Source of the DNA: Pseudoalteromonas translucida KMM 520
Lineage (GTDB): Bacteria > Pseudomonadota > Gammaproteobacteria > Enterobacterales > Alteromonadaceae
DNA length: 32,000 nucleotides
Reading direction: 5' to 3'
NCBI RefSeq assembly: GCF_001465295.1
Contig: NZ_CP011034.1
Coordinates: 2,490,001-2,522,000 of the forward strand
Part shown: positions 1 to 9,590 of the stretch, in pieces
How the letters are laid out: each line of letters opens with the position of its first letter
Numbering within the stretch: position 1 is the first letter of the stretch
The notes under the pieces: model-generated
Told to the model about the DNA's origin: nothing
Seen by the model: the letters and a program-made list of their open reading frames with translations, nothing else
The model's database searches: none
Program-made: the position numbers and the translations under genes

Positions 1-190
1 TATGATTATGAACTCTACGACGGTTTTTAACCCGCGCACTACAATGCCCTGCTTTTAAATTAAGTATGTAGGGTTTCATCGAGCCAAAGTATGGCGCTTT
101 AAAACAGACTATTTTTGTAAATAACCAATGCCCAAAGGGTAGCTTTTTAACAATACGCCATGCTGTTAAAACTGAAGATTTATTGCTCAT
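1..190 (-). CDS. DUF4442-like hotdog-fold protein, N-terminal part only (gene runs off the left edge)
   Basis: A minus-strand ATG at 190..188 opens a frame with no stop down to position 1: MSNKSSVLTAWRIVKKLPFGHWLFTKIVCFKAPYFGSMKPYILNLKAGHCSARVKNRRRVHNH. The V.N.R.V.NH pattern recalls DUF4442/PaaI-like hotdog proteins. It is absent from the ORF track because the window truncates it. Confidence 0.45.
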   Translation of the reverse strand, partial: MSNKSSVLTAWRIVKKLPFGHWLFTKIVCFKAPYFGSMKPYILNLKAGHCSARVKNRRRVHNH

Positions 191-558
191 TATTATTTTC
201 CATCGTTTATTCTTTTGCAAAAATAACACATCAGACCAGTTTGAGATAGTGTCTTTAAAACCCCTTTTAGCTATTTAACATGAATCCTGGTTAAGAGATT
301 TACTAACGTACTGAATCATAAATTTATTTTCTCTAGCAAGAGGTTTCTGTGACAACAAGGCTAATTTACGCGTCAATAGCTGGCCTATTACAAGTAAATT
401 CAACGCAGTTAACGCTGAAAATAGCTGCTTCAGATAGATTTATTATCCAGAGTTAAGGTTATTTAAATTAAAAAGTATCAATGTCGACGATACTAAGGGT
501 CATAAGCCCTTTCTTTTTTATTAGTCCCCCCCTAAAATACGCGACAAAAGGAGAACTA

Positions 559-1752
559 ATGCAAACACAGCCCGCTAAACCAAACTTAACTTTATTACTT
601 ATATTAGCGTTACTCGTTATTTTTTGCCCTATGGCTATTGATATTTACTTACCTGCATTTCCAACTATTGCTGAGCAATTTTCTGTTTCAGAACAGCAAG
701 TACAACAAAGTGTTGCTATTTTTATGCTCACTGTAGGCTTAGGGCAATTAATTGCAGGCCCTCTTGCTGATAAGTTTGGTCGTAAACCGGTCGCTGTCAT
801 TGGTATTAGCCTGTATGCGGGCTCTGCCTTGTTAGCCTATTATGCTCCTTCATTTAATATATTACTGCTCGCGCGTGCTTTACAAGGATTAGGAGCATGT
901 GCCACTTTTGTGGTTGCTTTTGCCATAGTACGTGACAAATACGGTGCACAGCGAAGTGGGCAAATGATCACTTATTTAAATGGTATTATTTGTTTTATTC
1001 CAGCATTAGCACCCATTTTAGGGGCATGGTTAACCGTGCAGTTTGGCTGGCGGATGAATTTTTTATTTTTAACTTTTTTTGCCATTTTTGGCTTAGTTAT
1101 AACCTTATTATTTTTTAAAGAAACGCGCCCAGCAGACAGCCATTATCAAGGCCATATTTTAGATCTGCGTCGTTTTATACCCATTATTAGCACTCCCATA
1201 TTTTTATTTAATAGCTTACTTTGTATGGTCGCAATGTCGGCAATACTGGTGTATGTAACACTTGCGCCGGGCTGGTTAATTACTCACTTAGGCGGCACTG
1301 TTGCTGACTTTACCTTTTGGTTTACACTCAATGCGGTATGTAGCATTGTGGCGAGCTTTATAGCGCCTATGTATATTAAAAATAATAGCCAGCGTGCTTT
1401 GCGTCTTGGGGTTGGCTTATTGATTTTTTCGGGGGTATTAATGCTGGCGCTTAGCACTATACAAACCGCGCTAGCACTTATGTTACCTATGCTTATTGCT
1501 GCACTTGGTTTTGCTTTAAGTTTAGGCTCAGCAGCTGGTATGGCACTTTCTCGCTTTGCAAAACAAGCCGGAACCGCTTCAGCGTTACTTGGCGCAATGC
1601 AAATGAGTGGTGCGAGTATATTAGTGTTTGCAACACAGTTTTTAGGGTTAACTACACCGTGGCTAATAGCCTTTCATTTACTATTATTACTTCCTCTTTG
1701 GCTTATTTTAATAAGTAAAAAAGGACATGCTTTACACCCAACTCAAGGCTGA
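559..1752 (+). CDS. MFS transporter, Bcr/CflA-type drug-resistance family
   Basis: About 12 hydrophobic segments, with MFS motifs such as GPLADKFGRKPV after TM2. I prefer the ATG at 559 (MQTQPAKPN...), which follows AAAGGAG at 546-552, over the ORF-track start at 481. Confidence 0.85.
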   Translation: MQTQPAKPNLTLLLILALLVIFCPMAIDIYLPAFPTIAEQFSVSEQQVQQSVAIFMLTVGLGQLIAGPLADKFGRKPVAVIGISLYAGSALLAYYAPSFNILLLARALQGLGACATFVVAFAIVRDKYGAQRSGQMITYLNGIICFIPALAPILGAWLTVQFGWRMNFLFLTFFAIFGLVITLLFFKETRPADSHYQGHILDLRRFIPIISTPIFLFNSLLCMVAMSAILVYVTLAPGWLITHLGGTVADFTFWFTLNAVCSIVASFIAPMYIKNNSQRALRLGVGLLIFSGVLMLALSTIQTALALMLPMLIAALGFALSLGSAAGMALSRFAKQAGTASALLGAMQMSGASILVFATQFLGLTTPWLIAFHLLLLLPLWLILISKKGHALHPTQG

Positions 1753-1754
1753 TC

Positions 1755-2387
1755 ATGATAAACCCTGATTTTTTAGTTTCTTTTTTACTGGCTAGCTTTT
1801 TAATTGCGGTGGCCCCTGGGCCTTCTAATGCCTTTTTAATGGCGCAAACCTTTGCTAATGGGCGTACGGCAGGAATGCAAAGTGCGTTTGGTTTTGCTCT
1901 CGGTGGAGTAGTACATACATTTTTTGCTGTTGTTGGCTTAACCGCCATACTTAAGGCCTCAGAAGTAGCTTATAGTGCTGTGCAATATGCAGGCGCTGCT
2001 TATTTGTGCTACTTAGGGATAATGATGCTTAAAAGCACTTTTATAAAAGAGCCTATTGAGCAAACAGACAAACCACATATAACTACGAAGAAAAATAAAA
2101 ATGTAATGTTTCAAGCCATGATGACCGAAGTACTTAACCCTAAAGTGGCGTTATTTTTTATCGCGTTTATTCCACAATTTGTTGATCCAACACTTTCCTC
2201 TGCTACCTTCCAGCTCGCCTTTTTTGGTTTGTTGTATCCACTTTTTGCTTTTCCGATTGATTGCACTTATATTTATTTTGGCGATAAAATTGCGCGCTTT
2301 TTTAGAGATAACCCAAATAGTCAAACTTGGATAGATAGGATCACCGGCATTGTTTTCATTGCCCTTGCTATTAACTTATTACTTTAA
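1755..2387 (+). CDS. LysE/RhtB-family amino-acid exporter
   Basis: 210-aa membrane protein with the LysE-type N-terminus (IAVAPGPSNAFLMAQT...). It starts 2 nt after the MFS stop, so it is probably co-transcribed. Confidence 0.85.
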   Translation: MINPDFLVSFLLASFLIAVAPGPSNAFLMAQTFANGRTAGMQSAFGFALGGVVHTFFAVVGLTAILKASEVAYSAVQYAGAAYLCYLGIMMLKSTFIKEPIEQTDKPHITTKKNKNVMFQAMMTEVLNPKVALFFIAFIPQFVDPTLSSATFQLAFFGLLYPLFAFPIDCTYIYFGDKIARFFRDNPNSQTWIDRITGIVFIALAINLLL

Positions 2388-2405
2388 CAATAAAAAGAAT
2401 TTTTT

Positions 2406-2870
2406 ATGGACCAAAAAATACAATCGCTACCGGCTAAAAAAAATATTGCACTAGTAGCGCACGATGGTAAAAAAGCGGCTTTAAAATTATGGTGTATAAA
2501 ACACCTAAATGCACTAAGCGAGCATACATTATATGCCACAGGCACCACAGGGCATTTAATCAATAAAACCACAGGGCTAGATGTGATTCAATTGCTTAGC
2601 GGCCCAATGGGCGGCGATCAGCAATTAGGGGCGAAAATTGCTGAGCATGAAATACATATGCTGGTATTTTTTTGGGATCCGCTGGCATCGCAACCCCACG
2701 ACCCAGATGTAAAAGCGCTGCTGCGTTTAGCGGCAGTGTGGAATATACCGGTTGCCTGTAATGAAGTAAGTGCTGATATGCTGCTAAGCTCGCCATTAAT
2801 GAATGTTGAGCTTGAGCGCACCTTGCCAGATTACGAAAAGTATTTAGCAACCCGACAAATAGATATTTAA
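2406..2870 (+). CDS. mgsA: methylglyoxal synthase
   Basis: 154 aa with hallmark MgsA segments: [52 protein letters not shown]. Confidence 0.95.
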   Translation: MDQKIQSLPAKKNIALVAHDGKKAALKLWCIKHLNALSEHTLYATGTTGHLINKTTGLDVIQLLSGPMGGDQQLGAKIAEHEIHMLVFFWDPLASQPHDPDVKALLRLAAVWNIPVACNEVSADMLLSSPLMNVELERTLPDYEKYLATRQIDI

Positions 2871-2881
2871 TATTTAATGGC

Positions 2882-4246
2882 TTAGCTGTAAAGCATGCTA
2901 GCCCACTTAGTTAAGCCGGCGGTTACACTACCAAAGTGATCGCCGTTAACCATTTTAATATCACCTAAATGTTGGCTAAGCGCCGCTTTAATAAGAGGCG
3001 ACTGTGCACTACCACCGGTTAAATAAATAACATCGGGCGTAGTATCTGCATCATTTATAGCTTGCTTCGCTAAAGTGACTATTTGGCTAATGCTATCATC
3101 TACCGCTAAGGCTAAATCACTGACTGAAACATCTTTACTTAATGACGCATCTAAAAAGCTAAGATCACAGTTATAATTAGTGGCTGAAGTTAGTGCTATT
3201 TTAGCAGCCTCAGCTTGTTGTACTAATTGATGCCCTTGCCTATTTTGCTGCAAATATATTAATCGTTTAAATAGCTCTGGCGCGCTCACATCGCGCAATT
3301 GTGCGCTAAGTTCTCTATGATGGTTTGCACTATAAAATTGGCTTTGTAAGTTTACATCGTTAATTTTACAGGCTTGCCAAAAAGCTTGATTAGGTAAAGG
3401 TAGCCCTGATTTAAACGTACTGCCTAAGCCTAAAAGCGGCATTAAGCCATAGTAACTTAAAGCTATGTCTAAATCGTTTCCACCAATACGCTTACCACTG
3501 TGAGCTAAAAAGTCAGCGTCACGGTCACTTTTATCCCGAAAGCTTGGCCCCATTTGCACAAACGAGCAATCGCTGGTACCGCCACCAATATCGATAACCA
3601 GTACTTTTTGATTTTGTGTTAAGTGGCTCTCGTAATCAATACCGGCAGCCAGTGGCTCATATAAAAATGCGACTTCTTTAAAGCCGGCGCGTTTTGCAGC
3701 GCGCTCTAAAATACCAATTGCTTGCTGATTTGACTCCTCACCGCCTACCGCCTGAAAGTTAACCGGACGACCAATAACGGTTTGGGTTAACGTTTTGCTT
3801 AGTGATTGCTCTGCACGTTGTTTTATTTTTAAAATCATTGCGGTGGCAATGTCTTCAAAAAAGTTAATTTGTCCTTGTTTTAAACCCGTAGCGCCAAAAA
3901 ATGATTTTGGTGATTTAACAAAATAACCCTCTTCAGGAAATTGCACATACTCGCTAATTGCTTCGCGACCAACAAATAAGGTTTCGTCTGTGGGGTGTAA
4001 ATCTAAGTCAGATTTAATTCGTGGTAATGAATTTAGCAGTGCTTGGCGCTGAGTTTTAAACGCAAGCTCATCGCTGCTACCTTGTAAATGCTTGGCAACA
4101 TAGTCAACCACCAACGCACTATGGTGGGTATAAAGTGTTGAAGGTAGGTAATGTTTTCCTTGCTCTAACGGCACTAATTGAACGTTACCCTCGTCCATTA
4201 CACCCATAGCACAATTAGAACTACCATAATCAAAACCAACAAACAT
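2882..4246 (-). CDS. yegD: Hsp70-family putative chaperone, YegD-like
   Basis: The N-terminus MFVGFDYGSSNCAMGVM matches the YegD/actin-like ATPase phosphate-1 motif. The DIGGGTSD phosphate-2 motif is present, and the length (454 aa) fits E. coli YegD (about 450 aa). Confidence 0.85.
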   Translation of the reverse strand: MFVGFDYGSSNCAMGVMDEGNVQLVPLEQGKHYLPSTLYTHHSALVVDYVAKHLQGSSDELAFKTQRQALLNSLPRIKSDLDLHPTDETLFVGREAISEYVQFPEEGYFVKSPKSFFGATGLKQGQINFFEDIATAMILKIKQRAEQSLSKTLTQTVIGRPVNFQAVGGEESNQQAIGILERAAKRAGFKEVAFLYEPLAAGIDYESHLTQNQKVLVIDIGGGTSDCSFVQMGPSFRDKSDRDADFLAHSGKRIGGNDLDIALSYYGLMPLLGLGSTFKSGLPLPNQAFWQACKINDVNLQSQFYSANHHRELSAQLRDVSAPELFKRLIYLQQNRQGHQLVQQAEAAKIALTSATNYNCDLSFLDASLSKDVSVSDLALAVDDSISQIVTLAKQAINDADTTPDVIYLTGGSAQSPLIKAALSQHLGDIKMVNGDHFGSVTAGLTKWASMLYS

Positions 4247-4328
4247 ATATCACCATACATCACTAAAAAGGCCGCGCAATTTAGCATACCTAGCAATAAA
4301 TATATACTCATATAGGGCTGAATAATTG

Positions 4329-5171
4329 TTAGGGTGACTCTCTCACACGTAAAAAACTAGCAAAACGAGGTAAGCCATTTTTTGTTAAACCATGGAATCG
4401 ATAAGTAATGGTGCTACCCAATGCTGGCGGGCTTTCGCGCTCGGCATCGCTAAATCCGGTGCCAATTGAAAACAGTTGCCCTTGCGGTGTTTTTACTCTT
4501 AACGATCCTAACATGCCTTGGTATTTACCTTTACCCGGCAGGTATGCAATCACTACTGCTTCTGCATCTAAGTAGGGCTTTAATTTTAATAGCGCATCGC
4601 TGCGCCCATCGGCATGTTTAGCGCTTGCTAAATGCAGCATAACGCCTTCGCCACCTTGCGCTGTTATATTTTTAAAATAGTCAGTTAATAATTGATTATT
4701 AATAAACTGATGCTGCTTAACAGCTTTTATATGAGGTGAATTTAAACCCGTAACAAGGCGGCTGTAATTGTTGTAGCGCTGGCTAAAAGGCACGTTTGCA
4801 TCTGGCATATCAAATACTTGATACGTAATACTTTGCCAATCATGATTGTTAGGGATTTTAGTGCGCACAATGCCACTGAGCACCGCAAAGTGCTGATGCT
4901 TAGTCCACAGTTCACCATCAAGCCATACTTTTGGTAAGGGCGCTGTAAACCATTCTGGCGCGTTTATTATATTACCTTGTCGAGTGACAAACTGTTCGCC
5001 TGACCAAATAGCCCTTACACCATCAAACTTTTCGCTGACTAAATAGTTACTTACATCACTGTGCTTAGTTTCATCATACACTTTAGCAAGCAGCACCTTG
5101 GGCAATGTAGCACTCACAATAGAGCTAAAAAATACTGCTGTGATTAAGGTAATTAATTTAATATAAAACAT
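4329..5171 (-). CDS. minimal ATP-dependent DNA ligase with N-terminal signal peptide (Lig E type)
   Basis: Adenylation motif I KxDG (SEKFDGVRAIW) and nucleotidyltransferase plus OB-fold-sized body. The hydrophobic leader MFYIKLITLITAVFFSSIVSA begins at the ATG at 5171; the ORF-track start at 5183 is a TTG. Confidence 0.85.
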   Translation of the reverse strand: MFYIKLITLITAVFFSSIVSATLPKVLLAKVYDETKHSDVSNYLVSEKFDGVRAIWSGEQFVTRQGNIINAPEWFTAPLPKVWLDGELWTKHQHFAVLSGIVRTKIPNNHDWQSITYQVFDMPDANVPFSQRYNNYSRLVTGLNSPHIKAVKQHQFINNQLLTDYFKNITAQGGEGVMLHLASAKHADGRSDALLKLKPYLDAEAVVIAYLPGKGKYQGMLGSLRVKTPQGQLFSIGTGFSDAERESPPALGSTITYRFHGLTKNGLPRFASFLRVRESP

Positions 5172-5203
5172 CAGCGCGTCCAAGCCAGGTAATGTGGTTT
5201 AAA

Positions 5204-5860
5204 CTATAGTTGAGATTGTAGCCATTGCCAAAACTCTTGCAGATCATCCATACGATAACTGGCTTGGCTAAAGTCATGGTTTTGCGTATGGTTATTAGCA
5301 ATCGCCACAACACTTACAGCGGCGTTGTTTGCTGCAGTTACTCCGGTAAAGGTATCCTCTACTGCTATGGCATGTTTAGCAGCTACATTTATCTGCTTGA
5401 GTGCTAATAAGTAAGGATCTCCGGCCGGCTTTGGATTAATAACATCATCTTTAGTGACTACTGCGTCAAATAGGTCATAAAAGCCAAGCCCCTTTAATAT
5501 TGGCTCTGCTTCGTGGCGAGCGCTGCCTGTTACTAACGCCATTTTTAAGCCGCTGCTTTTAACCGCTGTTAATACTTGCTCTGCAAAAGGCATTAGTGCT
5601 GGTAAATTGGTTTTTACATATTGTGCAAATAAACGGTATTTTTCATCTGCTAAATAGTCACTGCTAACCGATAAGTTATGCTGTTGCTTTATTTCACTTG
5701 CAGCTTCGAGCGTTGGCCGCCCCGAAAAACGCTGACAAAACTCACCCTCTTCGTAGTTTACATTAAATGGCGCAAGTACCTGGCTCCAACATGCAAAGTG
5801 CATCCTTTCAGAATCGACTAACGTGCCATCCATATCAAATAATACCGCTTTTAAAGTCAT
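5204..5860 (-). CDS. HAD-superfamily hydrolase (beta-phosphoglucomutase/phosphatase-like)
   Basis: HAD motif I DMDGTLVDSE near the N-terminus, motif II-like LVTGS, and a C-terminal acidic motif (VEDT). Confidence 0.8.
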   Translation of the reverse strand: MTLKAVLFDMDGTLVDSERMHFACWSQVLAPFNVNYEEGEFCQRFSGRPTLEAASEIKQQHNLSVSSDYLADEKYRLFAQYVKTNLPALMPFAEQVLTAVKSSGLKMALVTGSARHEAEPILKGLGFYDLFDAVVTKDDVINPKPAGDPYLLALKQINVAAKHAIAVEDTFTGVTAANNAAVSVVAIANNHTQNHDFSQASYRMDDLQEFWQWLQSQL

Positions 5861-5919
5861 TTTTATTCCTTATCACAGCGCTAAAAAAGACGCCTAAGCG
5901 CCTTTAACATGTTTATTAG

Positions 5920-6219
5920 TTACTCTGTTAAACCCGCCGGTGGCTCACCAGCGGCTTCTTCACCTGTTTCAACATCAACCAACTCATAACCACGTGCTTT
6001 ACGCGCCACTTTTAAAACTGGCTTTTCAAACGCTGTTTTTAATCGCTCAGAATCAGCTTTTAATTCATCAAGCGATGTACCAAAAGGAGCCGCACCGGTT
6101 TCAGACCAATTAGTTACTTTACCATTAAGATTATATTCTACTTCATGTATTTGATACTGCGCTGCTTCATCTTTTGTGGCTTCACAAAAAATCACTCGGT
6201 AGTTCCAAAATCCAGCCAT
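5920..6219 (-). CDS. small hypothetical protein (99 aa)
   Basis: Clean ORF with an AAGAG-like Shine-Dalgarno sequence upstream of the ATG, and codon style like its neighbours. I recognise no family. Confidence 0.5.
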   Translation of the reverse strand: MAGFWNYRVIFCEATKDEAAQYQIHEVEYNLNGKVTNWSETGAAPFGTSLDELKADSERLKTAFEKPVLKVARKARGYELVDVETGEEAAGEPPAGLTE

Positions 6220-6283
6220 TTTTTATCTCTTTATTTAGCAAATCAATTAACGTTACTTTAGCAGTAATACTAATGAATATAAA

Positions 6284-6310
6284 CGAAAAAGCCCGCTATA
6301 AAAGCGGGCT
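6284..6310 (-). terminator. rho-independent terminator downstream of the TonB-dependent receptor gene
   Basis: Minus strand reads AGCCCGCT-tttat-AGCGGGCT followed by TTTTT. Stem halves lie at 6289-6296 and 6302-6309. Confidence 0.7.
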
Positions 6311-6340
6311 TTGTAGTATTTTTGCTATTAGTGTTTAAGC

Positions 6341-8584
6341 TTAAAAGAAGTTAACTTTAAACTCTACACCAACGTAACGCTCTTCATTAACCATTACAGT
6401 ATTATTGTTGAAGTCTACGCCACCAATAGATTGTTGCTCGTCAAATAAGTTACGCACAAATGCTGACACTTGGTATTCATAGTCGCCATCTGCCCATGCG
6501 TAACCGGCACGTAAGCCAGTTTCAACAAGCGGCTTACCTTCAAACTCAACAGATTCATATAAGAAAAAGTTAATTTTGCTACGATAAGAAACGTCACCAT
6601 AAGCAAAGAATTCACCATCAGCTAGCTCTTTGGTATAACGTAATGTGAAGTTAGAAATCCACTCTGGAGCATGCGGTAAGCTGTTGCCATTTAATATAGC
6701 AAGACCTGAACCATTGATAGGGTCAGTTACCGTACATTGTGCACACACAGCTACAGCTAAATCGTTATCTTTAAGCTCAGTTTTGTTATAGCTTAAGTTA
6801 AAGGTAGCATTTAGTTCATCACTTAACACCCACTCAGAATCCAGCTCAAAACCATAACCTGTGGTTTTATCTGCATTAAGTAAGCGGTTAAAGTTAGCAC
6901 CACCACCTACAGCAGTTAACTGTTGATCATCCATAGTGTAGTAAAAAATAGTGGCATTCACACGGCCTTGGCCGTCCAATACGTCTGACTTAATACCTGT
7001 TTCGTACGATGTTACAGTTTCAGTATCTGCTGTTGTTACATCATTACCAAATAAAATACGCCCTTGCAAGCTAGGTGCACGAAAGCTATTAGCAATACGC
7101 GTATACCAGTTTACGTCGTCATTTACTTTATAGCTTGTTGAAATATCCCAGCTAATATGATCATCGCTAACATCGCGGTCTATAAATAACACACCGCCGC
7201 CAATTGGGCTCATAGTACGATCTGCAGAAAATTCTTTTTCGTCGTCTGAATAACGCAGACCTGCTGTTACTTTTAAGTCATCCGAAATAGTGTAATCAAC
7301 TGAGCCAAATACAGCCCATGCTTTAGTATCTTGTTGTTGTCTAACAAAGCCGTTTAACTCGCCCGCAGGTGATGAAAACGTATCATAGCTGAAATTTTCA
7401 ATTGTCAGCGCTTCATCAAAGTAAAACACACCTACTTGGTAGTTTACATCGCCAGCAAAGTTGCTTGATAAACGTAACTCTTGGGTATACTGATCATGGT
7501 CAGGAATACCATCAGCACTTTCTGAAGAAAATGGGATAAAGCCAGGACCTGCAGCGTAACCGCCATCGATATCTGCACGAGAGTATATTTCTGCACTTTC
7601 CCACGCCGAAATAGAGGTTAATGTGTGGTTATTAAAATCCCACTCAAGTTTTAAGCTCGCACCTTCTGATTCAACTTGCTGCGTCGCACGTGACGCCGCA
7701 TCGTGGTAAACCACGTCGTTTTTAAAATCATCAACTAAATCGTTAGTGCCAGGTTTAATTGAGTTTGCGAAAAAGGCAATTGGCTTACCGTCCATATCGC
7801 GTACGTGGTAGTTAAATAAACCAGTGAAGTCATCGCCTTCGTATAAAAACTGAATACGGGCTGCTTTATCTGTGTAGCCGCCTAACGCATCTTTTTGTTC
7901 AAACCCTGGAGCGCGATTATCAATGTAATCGTCTTTATCTTGCCAAAGTACAGATACACGCGTTGATAAACGGTCAGTTAAACCACCGCCTACCGCACCT
8001 TCAAAATCTACAGCGCCACGGCTACCGTAAGATACCGAGCCGTAACCTTCAAATTCTTGGCTTGGTTTTACTGAGTCAAATTTAACAAGGCCCGCAGGCG
8101 TGTTACGACCAAACAAAGTACCTTGTGGTCCACGTAGTACTTCTACACGTGAAACGTCAAATACTGGAAAGCCTTTTAAAATAGCGTTTTCTTGTACTAC
8201 TTCATCTACAACCAATGATACAGGTTGTGATGCGTTTAAATCGAAATCTGTATTACCTAAACCACGTACATAAAAGCGTGGGAATGAACGACCAAATGAA
8301 GACTCAATTGATAAACTTGGGATTTTCGCATTCATAAAACGAATATCCATACCAGCAGAGCTGTAAGCATCCAAGCTATCGCCTTGCAGAGCAGAAACAG
8401 CTACTGGTACTTCTTGTGCATTTTCTACACGTTTACGAGCAGTAACTTGAATAACTTCTAATTGATTTTTCTTTACCGCTGGCACTTGCTCAGCAGCAAT
8501 AGTAGAAAATGAAGTGCCTGCTACGGCAGAGAGTAACGCTGCATTTACTAGGGTTGCTAACGTAGATCTTTTCATTGCTTTCAT
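6341..8584 (-). CDS. TonB-dependent outer-membrane receptor
   Basis: Signal peptide MKAMKRSTLATLVNAALLSAVAGTSFSTIAAE, plug-domain motifs (VLRGPQGTLFGRNT) and a C-terminal aromatic residue (..KVNFF). The start is set at the ATG at 8584 (alternative 8575); the 75-codon upstream extension in the ORF track lacks receptor homology. Confidence 0.9.
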   Translation of the reverse strand: MKAMKRSTLATLVNAALLSAVAGTSFSTIAAEQVPAVKKNQLEVIQVTARKRVENAQEVPVAVSALQGDSLDAYSSAGMDIRFMNAKIPSLSIESSFGRSFPRFYVRGLGNTDFDLNASQPVSLVVDEVVQENAILKGFPVFDVSRVEVLRGPQGTLFGRNTPAGLVKFDSVKPSQEFEGYGSVSYGSRGAVDFEGAVGGGLTDRLSTRVSVLWQDKDDYIDNRAPGFEQKDALGGYTDKAARIQFLYEGDDFTGLFNYHVRDMDGKPIAFFANSIKPGTNDLVDDFKNDVVYHDAASRATQQVESEGASLKLEWDFNNHTLTSISAWESAEIYSRADIDGGYAAGPGFIPFSSESADGIPDHDQYTQELRLSSNFAGDVNYQVGVFYFDEALTIENFSYDTFSSPAGELNGFVRQQQDTKAWAVFGSVDYTISDDLKVTAGLRYSDDEKEFSADRTMSPIGGGVLFIDRDVSDDHISWDISTSYKVNDDVNWYTRIANSFRAPSLQGRILFGNDVTTADTETVTSYETGIKSDVLDGQGRVNATIFYYTMDDQQLTAVGGGANFNRLLNADKTTGYGFELDSEWVLSDELNATFNLSYNKTELKDNDLAVAVCAQCTVTDPINGSGLAILNGNSLPHAPEWISNFTLRYTKELADGEFFAYGDVSYRSKINFFLYESVEFEGKPLVETGLRAGYAWADGDYEYQVSAFVRNLFDEQQSIGGVDFNNNTVMVNEERYVGVEFKVNFF

Positions 8585-8737
8585 GTCGGGGATTAACCTT
8601 TTTAGTGCACTCTTGTTCAACGGTTGATGTGTTGCGCCACTTATAATAGCGGACTCAGGCAATTTTTCGCGATACGCTACGCGGACCTCTTTCTCGAGAG
8701 TGCAAAACGAATTAAAGAGGCTGAATGAGTGGTTAAT

Positions 8738-8746
8738 ATTATAACA
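8738..8746 (-). promoter_or_regulatory. candidate extended -10 promoter element (TGTTATAAT) for the receptor gene
   Basis: The minus strand reads TGTTATAAT about 150 nt upstream of the ATG at 8584. No convincing -35 hexamer is present. Confidence 0.3.
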
Positions 8747-8984
8747 CCCTGACGCTCTTTTACTGCATAAAAGAAACATAAAAAAAACAATTTGTGCAAA
8801 AAAATACATGTCTTAAAATAATTAAAAATAAACCCTTTAAAAAAGCAAAGCAGCGGACATTTGACCTGTTTCAAATCAAAAATATGCACTAGGGGCTTTC
8901 GGGTTTTATATTAAATTTGTTTGACCCTGCGAATAACAATGGCTACCTTATCCGAGCGCTCATACTATTTACTTAAGGATTAAA

Positions 8985-9533
8985 ATGAATCTTACTAATA
9001 CGCTCACCAAAAACTGGGCGGTACTTTTACTTCGTGGTGTTATAGCCATACTGTTTGGTTTAATAACCTGGTTTGCACCTGAGGCATCGTTGCAAGTTAT
9101 GTTATTAGTTTTTGCTGGCTACTTTTTATTTGATGGCATATTAAGAGTTTGGGTTGCCATAGCATCAAAAAAATCGAATCCCTTTTGGATGCTATTATTA
9201 GTTGGTGGCTTACTTAGTATTATTGCCGCTTTTGTCACTTTACTTGCACCAAACCTTACTGCCTTATTGTTACTTTATTATGTTGCTGCGTGGGCTATTG
9301 CAATTGGTGTAGTAGAAATATTTTTAGCCCAAAAGTTACGTAATGAAATTAGTAACGAATGGATTTTAATTATTAGTGGTTTTATTTCTATAATATTTGG
9401 ACTGTACTTAGTATTTAACCCTGGTGCTGGCATTTTAACCTTGCTTTGGTTAGTTGCTGCATACGCTATAGTATTTGGCGCGCTTATAGTTGGTTTAGCG
9501 CTTAAGTTAAAAAAATTAAATCAAAGCCACTAA
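8985..9533 (+). CDS. HdeD/DUF308-family membrane protein
   Basis: 182 aa with six hydrophobic segments. N-terminal signature W..LLLRGVIAILFGLI.W..P is typical of DUF308/HdeD. Confidence 0.75.
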   Translation: MNLTNTLTKNWAVLLLRGVIAILFGLITWFAPEASLQVMLLVFAGYFLFDGILRVWVAIASKKSNPFWMLLLVGGLLSIIAAFVTLLAPNLTALLLLYYVAAWAIAIGVVEIFLAQKLRNEISNEWILIISGFISIIFGLYLVFNPGAGILTLLWLVAAYAIVFGALIVGLALKLKKLNQSH

Positions 9534-9540
9534 TTAAACT

Positions 9541-9572
9541 GGCTTAGCACCTAAATGCTAAGCCACTTTTTT
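9541..9572. terminator. hairpin terminator between convergent genes
   Basis: GGCTTAGCA (9541-9549) pairs with TGCTAAGCC (9556-9564), followed by ACTTTTTT. Confidence 0.6.
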
Positions 9573-9590
9573 ATATTTAATGGGTGCTAA

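Noticed and set aside
481-558. Upstream start for the MFS transporter
   Set aside because: The ATG at 559 has a strong AAAGGAG Shine-Dalgarno sequence and starts right before TM1. The extension adds an unlikely leader.
8585-8809. 75-codon N-terminal extension of the TonB-dependent receptor ORF (MYFFAQIVFFMFLL...)
   Set aside because: It has no receptor homology. A proper signal peptide begins at the internal Met at 8584, and the extension overlaps the putative promoter and leader.
8677-8889. 70-aa minus-strand ORF upstream of the receptor gene
   Set aside because: It overlaps the promoter and leader region and is low complexity (FFLCFFY...), with no ribosome-binding site.
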